Origin: a virus
Direction: 5' to 3' (one strand)
DNA: 64,000 nt
IMG/VR virus record: IMGVR_UViG_3300042972_000006
Coordinates: 38 to 64,037 of that record
Of the stretch, positions 43,615 through 51,869 are shown piece after piece. A program made the translations under genes and the position numbers. The notes below the pieces were generated by a model. The model ran no database searches, had not been told where the DNA came from, and worked only from the letters and a program-made list of their open reading frames with translations. Numbering within the stretch: the first letter of the stretch is position 1; each line of letters opens with the position of its first letter.

Positions 43615-45142
43615 CCCATACGCGGAGGCTCTCGCCCGGGTTCGGGCCGAGCGCGCACGGCGCCAACACGAAGCGGCTCAGAGCATGGCCGCCGTCCGTG
43701 GCGAGGAGATCAAGGCCGGATGCGAGCGGCTGACGGGGTTCGTCCGCTGGGCATGGCCGATCCTTGAGCCGGGGACGCAATACGTTCCGAACTGGCATAT
43801 CGACGCGGTGTCGGAACACCTGGAAGCGATCACGACGCACGATATCCAGAACCTCGCGGTCAACATCCCGCCCGGGACGATGAAGTCCCTCCTCATCTCG
43901 GTCTTCTTCCCGGCGTGGTGGTGGACGAAGGCTCCGACGAAGCGGTTCCTGAGCGGATCCCATGAGCAAACGCTCGCCCTCCGCGATAACGAGAAGATGC
44001 GGGCGCTCGTCGTCTCGCCGGAATATCAGGCCCTGTGGGGCGAGAAGACCCGGCTGATCAAGACCGGGACGCGCTCCTTCATGAACGTCAGCCGGGGCGG
44101 CCGGGAGGCCCGGGCGTTCAAGTCCATGACGGGCGGCCGGGGCGATGCGACGATCATCGACGACCCCCACTCGACCGAGACGGCCGAGTCGGACAAGGAG
44201 CGGGAGAAGGCGGTCCGCCGGTTCGTCGAGGGCATCCAGAACCGCGTGAACGACGCCGCCACCTCGTCGATCATCCTCGTCATGCAGCGTCTTCACGACA
44301 AGGACGTCACCGGGGCAATCGACCGCTACGGCTTCGATTATGAGAAGCTCGTCCTCCCCATGGAGTTCGAACCGAAGCGCCGGTTCACAACCCGGATCGG
44401 CTGGACCGACCCCCGCCAGGCCGAGGGCGACCTCCTCTTCCCCGGGAAGTTCCCCCGCGCTGAGGTCGAGAAGCTGAAGAAGATCGGCTCCTATGCGTGG
44501 GCCGGTCAGTATCAACAGAGGCCCGTTCCTCGGGAGGGCGGCTTGTTCAAACGAGAATGGTTCGCCGGGAAGGTGATGCGCCCCGGGGAGGTTCCGGCTG
44601 GGGTGGTGTGGTGGCGGCATTGGGACTTGGCCGCGACCGAGCTGGACCCCATGGCCACGACCGGGGCGCGGACGTGCGGCGTGAAGATGGGCCGCGCGCC
44701 CGACGGCCGGATCATCGTCGGCCACATGAACGCCTTCGGGAAGGACGGGAAGGTCGTCAAGGTGCTGATCCGCCAGCAAGCCGAGATCGACGGGACCGGC
44801 GTCAGCATCTCCATCCCGCAAGACCCCGGCGCCGGGGGCAAGGTCAACAGGCAGGACATCATCAATCACCTGGAGGGCTTCGTCGCCCGGAAGATGATCG
44901 AAAGCGGGGACAAGGTGACACGGGCCGAACCCTTCTCCGCCGCCTGTGAAAACGGGGACGTCTGGCTCGTTCAGGGGTCATGGAACGACGAGTATCTCGA
45001 CGAGCTATGTTCCTTCCCCTCGGGCGCACGAAAGGACGTCGCGGACGCCAGCTCCGGCGCCTATGCCCGGCTCGTCTCTCGCATGGCGCGCAGGCGGGGT
45101 GACGATCTCGCGGGGCCGAAGGTCATCCCGGGCGCATCGTAA
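43586..45142 (+). CDS. terL: Terminase large subunit
   Basis: NIPPGTMKS (Walker A), IIDDPH (Walker B), MQRLHDKD, GQYQQRP, WDLAAT, DVADA. Confidence 0.95.
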   Translation: MSRARRTQLDPYAEALARVRAERARRQHEAAQSMAAVRGEEIKAGCERLTGFVRWAWPILEPGTQYVPNWHIDAVSEHLEAITTHDIQNLAVNIPPGTMKSLLISVFFPAWWWTKAPTKRFLSGSHEQTLALRDNEKMRALVVSPEYQALWGEKTRLIKTGTRSFMNVSRGGREARAFKSMTGGRGDATIIDDPHSTETAESDKEREKAVRRFVEGIQNRVNDAATSSIILVMQRLHDKDVTGAIDRYGFDYEKLVLPMEFEPKRRFTTRIGWTDPRQAEGDLLFPGKFPRAEVEKLKKIGSYAWAGQYQQRPVPREGGLFKREWFAGKVMRPGEVPAGVVWWRHWDLAATELDPMATTGARTCGVKMGRAPDGRIIVGHMNAFGKDGKVVKVLIRQQAEIDGTGVSISIPQDPGAGGKVNRQDIINHLEGFVARKMIESGDKVTRAEPFSAACENGDVWLVQGSWNDEYLDELCSFPSGARKDVADASSGAYARLVSRMARRRGDDLAGPKVIPGAS

Positions 45143-45198
45143 TCCACGATCCGGCCGAGTTGTCCCCACATTCCCGCCCCAGCCGGCGACCGACCGGC

Positions 45199-45228
45199 TT
45201 CCACGGCCGCCGCACCTCCGCCATATTC
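45199..45228 (+). promoter_or_regulatory. Promoter-like element upstream of the structured non-coding block
   Basis: TTCCAC-N16-CCATATTC, same spacing as the motifs at 32358 and 40117. Confidence 0.45.
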
Positions 45229-45311
45229 GCCCTGTCCCCGGATGGGGGCGCGAGAAGGTTTCGATCCATCCCCCCCCCGACACGGCCCTTCTCGCCAGTA
45301 ACCCGCGTATC

Positions 45312-45351
45312 GCCCCGGTCGTCACGTCCCCCCGACGGCCGGGGCTTTTTT
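45312..45351 (+). terminator. Rho-independent terminator
   Basis: GCCCCGGTCGTC/GACGGCCGGGGC stem followed by TTTTTT. Confidence 0.85.
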
Positions 45352-45573
45352 CTGCCCGCGATCCATGTCATCCCTTGGGGCGTCTTCGGACGTTGTTGCG
45401 GGGAGGGAGCGACCGCTCCTAGGCCGAGGCTTCCTCCCATTCCATGCCTGATCCCGTGCGAACGGGAGGCGCTTGAGCCTGACGGCCCCGAGGTGGCCCA
45501 AGGCGAGCCTCCCTAGTAGGGGCGCCCCGACCCGGTTCGGTGGCCTCGACCTGTCCCGGGACTGGACAGGATG

Positions 45574-45614
45574 GAAGGCCCTCGGCGTTTGCGCGTCGGG
45601 GGCCTTTCTGTTTT
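45574..45614 (+). terminator. Rho-independent terminator
   Basis: GAAGGCCCTCGGCG/CGTCGGGGGCCTTT stem followed by CTGTTTT. Confidence 0.7.
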
Positions 45615-45782
45615 CATGCCCCTGCAAGTAGTCCTCTCGACACGCCAGCGGAGACGCCGAGGGGGCATCATGAAGAGATCGACGGTCCTCGGGGCTTCCG
45701 CTGGGAACTGAGGGCGGCCAGAGATCAGAGGCGGCGAAGGCCGTCCCCGGGGGTGGAAAGCCCCCACCTGGAGCGCCAGTCC

Positions 45783-45902
45783 ATGACCAGAGAGTTCTTC
45801 GTCAGCTTCCTCCTCTTCGCCATGGTCACGGACTGGACGATCTCGGTCAGTCTGGTCGTGGGCATCCTTGTTGCCTCCTATGAGGAGGGCCGGAGACGAT
45901 GA
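45783..45902 (+). CDS. Small membrane protein (39 aa)
   Basis: GGAG RBS; hydrophobic MTREFFVSFLLFAMV...; ATGA overlap with the next gene. Confidence 0.5.
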   Translation: MTREFFVSFLLFAMVTDWTISVSLVVGILVASYEEGRRR

Positions 45903-46135
45903 GCGTTCTCGACGACCTTCGCGCCGCCATGCGGAAAATGATGGCGCTGCCGAACTATGACGGCCCGCTCGTCCTCTACGTCTCGCCCGTGGTCTTTGAC
46001 TTGGGCGAGGAGGAGTGTCGTCGGGTCTGCGGCGTCGGTCCTGACGTCGAGATCGTCGAGAGCCTTCCAGTGAAGCGCTCGGGCGAAAGCTGGCGCCTCC
46101 CGCGCGTCTACCTCGCCGCCAGCCGCCGCCGCTGA
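45899..46135 (+). CDS. Hypothetical protein
   Basis: 78 aa; GGAG RBS. Confidence 0.6.
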   Translation: MSVLDDLRAAMRKMMALPNYDGPLVLYVSPVVFDLGEEECRRVCGVGPDVEIVESLPVKRSGESWRLPRVYLAASRRR

Positions 46136-46142
46136 GACCATT

Positions 46143-46214
46143 CCCTCGGTCGTCTAACCAAGAGCTTCCCGAGAGCAAGGGGAGGTGATGCCGGTTTCAA
46201 TCCGGCCCGAGGGG
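46143..46214 (+). tRNA. tRNA-like element / pseudo-tRNA (anticodon not assignable)
   Basis: 7-bp acceptor CCCTCGG/CCGAGGG; T8-C9-GTCTAA D-arm start; stem TTCCC/GGGGA with an 8-nt loop; T-arm GCCGG-TTTCAAT-CCGGC; no CCA. Confidence 0.55.
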
Positions 46215-46357
46215 ACAACTCTTGCGCGCGCCGATAGCGACCTGTTCCGGTTTTCCCTGCGATCTTCGCGCCTTGTTCCTCTTCCCCGCCCGGCCCAGCG
46301 AGGTCATAACGATCCCGCCCCTGTTGCTGGCGCTCAGGGAGGCGGCCAGTCCGTCTA

Positions 46358-46393
46358 GAAAGGCCCCCCGGCGTGAGTTTGGGGGGCCTTTCG
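46358..46393. terminator. Hairpin/terminator upstream of the portal gene
   Basis: GAAAGGCCCCCC/GGGGGGCCTTTC perfect stem. Confidence 0.65.
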
Positions 46394-46447
46394 CATATCT
46401 GGCCCTCAGCGTAGCATCCCGCGCGATCGTCGACCGGAGGCCAAGAC

Positions 46448-47956
46448 ATGGCGAAACCCTTTTCCAGCTATCTCCCCTTCGGTCTCGGCCGATCCGCCCA
46501 GCCGGTAGCGAAGGCGGCGCCGAACAAGCCGAGCGGCGGCCGAGGAGGTTCCTCCTTCAAGGAGATGGGGACGAGCGGGACGCCGATGTCCGGCGGATAC
46601 GTCTTCACCCGGGAGAAGAACGCCTCCCTCGCCGGTCACGCCCGGTATGAGACCTATTCGGACATCATGGCGAACGTCTCCATCGTGGCGGCGGGCTTGC
46701 GCTTCTTCCTTGGGCTGGCCGCCCGGCCGACCTGGAAGATCGAACCGGCGAAGGATCAGGGGGACACGTCGTCCGACGCCGCCAAGGCCGCCGCCGAGTT
46801 CGTGGACAGCATCCTCAACGGCATGGACACGTCGATGACGCGGATCGTCCGCCGGTCCGGGATGTATCGCTTCTACGGCTTCGGCATCCACGAATGGACG
46901 GCCATGCGCCGGGAAGACGGCCTGATCGGAATCGAGAGCATCGAGGTTCGCCCCTGTCACACAATCGACCGTTGGGACGTCGATGATAACGGCGGGGTCA
47001 AGGGCGTCTATCAATCGAACTGGCAGGGCGCCGACCTCTATATCCCGCGTCGGAAGTTCATCTATCTGCTGGACGACACGCTGACCGATAGCCCCGAGGG
47101 CCTCGGCCTGTTCCGCCACATGGCCGAGCCGGTGAACCGCCTTCGCGAATATGAGCGGCTCGAAGGCCAAGGCTATGAGCGCGACCTCCGAGGAATCCCG
47201 GTCGGCCGGGCGCCGTATGCGGAGATTCAGGCCAAGGTCCGCGAGGGCGTCCTGACCGATCAGCAAGGGAAGGAGATGACCGCCGCGCTTGAGAGCTTCA
47301 TCCGCCTTCAGGCCAAGGACACCACGACGGGCCTGATGCTCGACAGTTCGATCATCCGGGGCGAGGGGGAAAATCAGGAAGTCCTCTCCAGCACCCCGAA
47401 ATGGGACATGGATTTGCTCTCCGCGTCGGGCGGCTCCTTCGCGGAGATCGCCAAGGCCATCGAACGATGCCGCTATGACCTGGCGATGATCCTCGGGACG
47501 GAGAACCTCCTCATCGGCTCGACGGACAGCGGCTCCCGCGCCCTGTCGGACGACAAGAGCCGGAACCTCTACCTTCAAGCGAACTCGACCGTTCAGGACA
47601 TCGCCCAGAGCTTCCGCGTCGACCTGATTTCGGCCATCTGGGCGCTGAACGGCCTCCCGGCGCCTCTGATGCCGTCGATCACCCCGGAGGACGTCTCCTT
47701 CCAGTCGGTCGAGATGGTGGCGAAGACCCTGCGCGACATGGCGGCGGCCGGGGCGGTGCTGTCCGAAGATGATCCCGTCATTCAGGACGTCCGGGACATG
47801 ATGGGCGTCAGCGGCGCTCCGGATCGGGGCGAGACCGACGACGAAGACGAGATGCTCCGCCGCACCTCGGAGGAGGCCCGGCGCCAAGGCCGAGAGAGCG
47901 GTCGGACGCCGGAGCAAGACCCCACCGATCCCAACGCCCCCGAGGAGGAGCGCTGA
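46448..47956 (+). CDS. Portal protein
   Basis: 502 aa; GGAGG RBS; YGFGIHEW, DSPEGLGLFR, ERDLRGIPVG, GSRALS, LNG; follows terL. Confidence 0.9.
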   Translation: MAKPFSSYLPFGLGRSAQPVAKAAPNKPSGGRGGSSFKEMGTSGTPMSGGYVFTREKNASLAGHARYETYSDIMANVSIVAAGLRFFLGLAARPTWKIEPAKDQGDTSSDAAKAAAEFVDSILNGMDTSMTRIVRRSGMYRFYGFGIHEWTAMRREDGLIGIESIEVRPCHTIDRWDVDDNGGVKGVYQSNWQGADLYIPRRKFIYLLDDTLTDSPEGLGLFRHMAEPVNRLREYERLEGQGYERDLRGIPVGRAPYAEIQAKVREGVLTDQQGKEMTAALESFIRLQAKDTTTGLMLDSSIIRGEGENQEVLSSTPKWDMDLLSASGGSFAEIAKAIERCRYDLAMILGTENLLIGSTDSGSRALSDDKSRNLYLQANSTVQDIAQSFRVDLISAIWALNGLPAPLMPSITPEDVSFQSVEMVAKTLRDMAAAGAVLSEDDPVIQDVRDMMGVSGAPDRGETDDEDEMLRRTSEEARRQGRESGRTPEQDPTDPNAPEEER

Positions 47957-47958
47957 CC

Positions 47959-48537
47959 ATGAAGACCGTGACGATTCAGGGCGATGAATACGACGTCTAT
48001 GCGGACGTCGAGGACGGCGACCGCTACTTCAACGCGGACGTCTCCCCGTATGGCGTGGCGTGGCGCGCGGCGGACGACGACGAAAAGGCCCGGGGCCTCG
48101 TCACCGGGACGCGCTTCATCGACGCCCAGACCTGGAAGGGGACGAAGACCGGCGGCTCGGCTCAGGTCAACGCCTTCCCTCGGACCGGGCTGTCCTATCC
48201 GGATGGATCGCCGGTCGATCCGGATGAAATCCCTGAGCGTGTTGAGATCGCCGCGATCCAGCTCGCGGGGTGGTTCATGGAGGGGACGGCGGCCCAGAAC
48301 GCCGCGAACGCCGCCAGCGGGACGAAGCGCCTGAAGGCCGGGTCGGTCGAGATCGAATATTTCCGGTCCTTCAGCTCGGGGGGCGACTTCGGCTCCGGTC
48401 CAGCCCTGCCGGAGTTCTTCCTCTCGCTCCTCGGCTTCTGGCTTGAGGGGATGGGCGTCGCGGGGGGAGCCAAGGCCTTCGGCACCTGTCGGCCGACCTC
48501 GTTCCGCCGCAAGTTCGGCGTGAGCTATCCGTTCTGA
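47959..48537 (+). CDS. Head completion/adaptor protein (DnaT-like family)
   Basis: YADVEDGDRYF...ARGLVTGTRFID...Q.NAFPR...IPERV...KAGSVEIEY. Confidence 0.75.
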   Translation: MKTVTIQGDEYDVYADVEDGDRYFNADVSPYGVAWRAADDDEKARGLVTGTRFIDAQTWKGTKTGGSAQVNAFPRTGLSYPDGSPVDPDEIPERVEIAAIQLAGWFMEGTAAQNAANAASGTKRLKAGSVEIEYFRSFSSGGDFGSGPALPEFFLSLLGFWLEGMGVAGGAKAFGTCRPTSFRRKFGVSYPF

Positions 48538-49466
48538 TGCGGCGTCGCGTCTGGCGTGATGCCCCCGTCGTCGTCGAGGCCATGCGTGGCCTTGGGGATA
48601 ACATCTATCTCCGGGCGGTGGTTCAGCGCTCGGATCGTCCCGTCATCCTCATGACGCCGTGGCCCCAGCTCTACACCGACCTCCCCGGGGTCGAATGCGT
48701 GAAGCCGCTCCCCCACCGGCTGAGGACGCAACGGAAGAACGAAGTCGCGACCCCGCCGGGCATGTGGGGGAAGACGCGGGTCGCGCACAACACGCCCCGG
48801 CTCAGGCCCCACTATGGGCGGCGCGAGCTGGCGATCCCTCAGACAATCCTTCGGTCGCTTGAACTGAGCTTCGGCACGATCCCCGACGCTCCGCCCATCG
48901 ACATGAACCTCCCGAAGGTGGACGCGCGCCGCCTCTCCGGCCGGATCAGGGCCAAGGGGAGGCCGATTGCGATGATCAGGCCGGTGACGATCCGGAAGGA
49001 ATGGCAGAACGAGAGCCGCGCGCCGTTGCCGGAATACATTTACCAGGTCGCGGCGCGCCTCATGGACACGCATCATGTCGTTCTCGTCGGGGACGTGGCG
49101 CACGGAGCGGAATGGCTCCTCGGGGACATGCCGCCGCATCATCAAGCCTTTATGGGCGGCGAGCTGGATATCCTCGACATTCTCGCCCTGATGAAGGTCG
49201 CGGCGGTCAGTGTCGGGGGCGTCGGCTGGATCGTCCCGGCCGCCATGGCGTCGAAGCGGCCGACCTTCGTCATCCTCGGGGGCAACGGCGGCCACAACAG
49301 CCCGGCCGTGATCACCGACAAGCGCATCCACGCCCCCGATCTCGGCTTTGCTCGCCCGAAACGCTTCTGCGCTTGCACGGACATGACGCACCATTGCAAC
49401 AAGGAAATCCCCGACCTCATCGGCACCTTCGAACGATGGGCGGAGAAGAGGAGACTGAAACTGTGA
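48537..49466 (+). CDS. Glycosyltransferase, GT9-like (GT-B)
   Basis: GLGDNIY; C-terminal ILALMKVAAVSVGGVGWIVPAAMASKRPTFVILGG, CACTD...HC. Confidence 0.75.
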   Translation: MRRRVWRDAPVVVEAMRGLGDNIYLRAVVQRSDRPVILMTPWPQLYTDLPGVECVKPLPHRLRTQRKNEVATPPGMWGKTRVAHNTPRLRPHYGRRELAIPQTILRSLELSFGTIPDAPPIDMNLPKVDARRLSGRIRAKGRPIAMIRPVTIRKEWQNESRAPLPEYIYQVAARLMDTHHVVLVGDVAHGAEWLLGDMPPHHQAFMGGELDILDILALMKVAAVSVGGVGWIVPAAMASKRPTFVILGGNGGHNSPAVITDKRIHAPDLGFARPKRFCACTDMTHHCNKEIPDLIGTFERWAEKRRLKL

Positions 49467-50155
49467 ACTGCCCGATCAACCACCTGTTGAGCATCCCCCA
49501 GCCGGAACAGCCTCGCCTCGTCTGGCTCCCGGAGGATGGCGTCGGCTTCTTCGACTGCGACGTCCACAACCTCAAACAGAGTGGCGGCGCGTCGCCCTAT
49601 GACGCCGAGTATTTCGCTCGCTACGCCGAGCGCATGAACGATCCCATCGGCGCCCAGCTCATGGCGCACCGGGCGCACCTCGTCTCGGCCTACGGGGGGA
49701 GCGGGTTTCCGATCATCGACGTGGGCATCGGATCGGGTGCGTTCGTCGAGGTGATGTCGAAACAGACCCTGAACGGCGTCTTCGGCTATGACGTGAACCC
49801 GGCCGGGATCGAATGGCTCAAGGGCCGGGGCCAGTGGGGCGACCTCTATGAGGGCGATCCGGGGTCGTGGGACGTGGCGACGTTCTGGGATTCGCTGGAG
49901 CATATGCGCGACCCGCGCCCGGCTCTGGCCCAGGTCGGCCACATGGCGTTTGTCGCGATCCCGATCTTCCGCGACGTCGACCACCTCCTCGCCTCCCGCC
50001 ATTATCGGAAGGACGAACACTTCTGGTATTTCACCCGGGCGGGCTTCCGGTCGTTCGCTGAGCGCGAGGGCTTCGAGGTGATGGACATCCTCGCCACCGA
50101 GACCGCCATCGGCCGCGACGATATCGAGACCTTCGTCCTCCGCCGCCACGGCTGA
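49463..50155 (+). CDS. Class I SAM-dependent methyltransferase (sugar O-methyltransferase type)
   Basis: IIDVGIGSG, GYDVN, FWDSLEHMRDP, EHFWYFT; GTGA overlap. Confidence 0.85.
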   Translation: MNCPINHLLSIPQPEQPRLVWLPEDGVGFFDCDVHNLKQSGGASPYDAEYFARYAERMNDPIGAQLMAHRAHLVSAYGGSGFPIIDVGIGSGAFVEVMSKQTLNGVFGYDVNPAGIEWLKGRGQWGDLYEGDPGSWDVATFWDSLEHMRDPRPALAQVGHMAFVAIPIFRDVDHLLASRHYRKDEHFWYFTRAGFRSFAEREGFEVMDILATETAIGRDDIETFVLRRHG

Positions 50156-50159
50156 CGCC

Positions 50160-50978
50160 ATGAAGGTGAACGTCTACATGCGGGACATGACGACCCGCCC
50201 CGGCCCTTCCGAAGAGCTGAACGCCTTCGCGGAGGGCCTCCGCCGCCATGGGCTGTCCCCCCGGATCAGAAGCATCGGCAACCCCGCGAAGTGTGACCTG
50301 GCGGTCGTGTGGGGGGCCAAGCGCCGAACCGAGATGGCCACGGGCCGCCGCTTCCTCGTTCTCGAAAGGGGCTATGTGGGGGACCGGCTGACGAAGTGGA
50401 CCTCGGCCGGGTTCGACGGCCTCAACGGCCGGGCCGACTTCCAGAACGGGGACATCACCTCTCCGGAGCGCTGGAAGGCCCACCACGCCGGGGAGATGAA
50501 GCCCCGCCAGCCCCCGCGAAAGGACGGCTATGTCCTGATCCTCGGTCAGGTTCCCGGGGACGCGGCGATCCTCGGGATCAACTTCGGCGCATGGGCGCGG
50601 CGCGTGGCCTCCGAGCTGATCCGCGCCGGAGAGCGGGTTGCCTATCGCCCGCATCCGAACTTCGGGACGTGGTGCAATGTCGAGGGGGTCGTCCACCTCG
50701 CTCCGAAGGACGTCTCCTTCGATCAGGCCCTCGCCGGGGCGAAGCGCGTCGTGGCCTACAACTCCAACGGATCCGTCCTATCGACGCTGGCGGGTATCCC
50801 GACGGTGACGGTCGATCCCGGGGCGATGGCGTGGGGGGTCACAGGTCATGATCCTCTCGTCCAGCCAGTCCTTGAGGACCGCACCCTCTGGGCGTCTCGC
50901 CTCGCGTGGTGTCAGTGGACGGCGGAGGAGATCGCGGCCGGCGACGCATGGGACCATCTGAAGGGGGGCATGGCATGA
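50160..50978 (+). CDS. Capsule-synthesis (KpsS/beta-Kdo transferase-like) glycosyltransferase
   Basis: LERGY, LGQVPGD (QxxxD), YRPHP (HP), VVAYNS...AGIP, QWTAEEI. Confidence 0.7.
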   Translation: MKVNVYMRDMTTRPGPSEELNAFAEGLRRHGLSPRIRSIGNPAKCDLAVVWGAKRRTEMATGRRFLVLERGYVGDRLTKWTSAGFDGLNGRADFQNGDITSPERWKAHHAGEMKPRQPPRKDGYVLILGQVPGDAAILGINFGAWARRVASELIRAGERVAYRPHPNFGTWCNVEGVVHLAPKDVSFDQALAGAKRVVAYNSNGSVLSTLAGIPTVTVDPGAMAWGVTGHDPLVQPVLEDRTLWASRLAWCQWTAEEIAAGDAWDHLKGGMA

Positions 50979-51529
50979 AGACGGCGATTATCCTCGGCGG
51001 CGCGAAGAACGTCTTCGACGATCTCTCGGTCGTCGAGGCCCTCGGGGTCAGCATCGGAGAGACCCCGATCATCGCGACGAACCACGCCGGGCGCGACTGG
51101 CCCGCTCCGTTCCTCGCATGGGTCAGCTTTCACGCCGAGCTGTTCCCGTCCTGGCTGGAAGCGCGCCGGGAAAACGAGTGGCCCGATCCTGAAAGCCTAT
51201 GGACGACAGACCGGCCGCTCGGGCCGATCCCGGTCGATATCCCGATCCAGAAGGCGGAGAACTGGCGCGGCTCCTCCGGCCTCCTTGCCGTGACGGTGGG
51301 GCTGCATCTGGGCTTCGACCGTCTGATCCTCTGCGGTGTCCCCATGGACGCGGATCAGGAACACTATGACCGCCCCGGCCGGTGGGTCGATGCGGGCAAC
51401 TACCGCGCGAGCTGGCTGAACCGGCGGCTCGACATGGCCGGGAAGGTGCGCTCCCCCTCCGGGTGGACGAAGACGATCCTCGGCGCTCCCTCGGTCGAAT
51501 GGCTTTCCTCCGGAGCCGCTCAGGGATAG
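50975..51529 (+). CDS. Sialyltransferase/Maf-like Rossmann-fold transferase
   Basis: AIILGG, IIATNHA, GSSGLLAV..GLHLGFDRLILCGVPM. Confidence 0.6.
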   Translation: MKTAIILGGAKNVFDDLSVVEALGVSIGETPIIATNHAGRDWPAPFLAWVSFHAELFPSWLEARRENEWPDPESLWTTDRPLGPIPVDIPIQKAENWRGSSGLLAVTVGLHLGFDRLILCGVPMDADQEHYDRPGRWVDAGNYRASWLNRRLDMAGKVRSPSGWTKTILGAPSVEWLSSGAAQG

Positions 51530-51582
51530 CGTCCGAGCTGGACGGGGGAGAGGCCTCCGTCCAGCACCACGGAGCCCACCTC

Positions 51583-51867
51583 ATGTTTCCCAAGAACATC
51601 TATGTCAGCCATATGGCGGCGGCGGCCTTGATGGCGTTTGACCTGGCGTCACGGCCGAGCCCGATAGAGGCGCGCATTCTTGGTCCCCGAACCCCTGACC
51701 CGACGGACAAGCCCGGGCGCCAGTCCCGTGCCTATCACCGGAAGCGCGTCTCGAAGTATCGCCGCCGGTATATGGCGCACCCCCGCAAGGGCGCCGTGGC
51801 CCAATACAAGGGATCACGCCGGGCGAAGAAGGCGACCCGCCTCGGCGGCAACCCGGCCCGGTTCTGA
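51583..51867 (+). CDS. Small basic protein
   Basis: GGAG RBS; R/K-rich C-terminal half. Confidence 0.55.
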   Translation: MFPKNIYVSHMAAAALMAFDLASRPSPIEARILGPRTPDPTDKPGRQSRAYHRKRVSKYRRRYMAHPRKGAVAQYKGSRRAKKATRLGGNPARF

Positions 51868-51869
51868 CC

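Larger units (their letters stand above)
45233..45614 (+). ncRNA. Candidate structured non-coding RNA(s)
   Basis: No credible ORF; dense hairpins including cUUCGg (45380-45393) and GNRA (45452-45467) tetraloops; two terminators. Confidence 0.45.

Noticed and set aside
45256-45268. T-loop-like GGTTTCGATCC as part of a tRNA
   Set aside because: No cloverleaf can be built around it
45440-45750. Hammerhead or other known ribozyme
   Set aside because: CTGA occurs, but the CUGANGA...GAAA core is not present in the right arrangement
43298-47917. Long minus-strand ORFs 43298..44869 and 46406..47917
   Set aside because: Mirror frames of terminase and portal, with no recognisable domains
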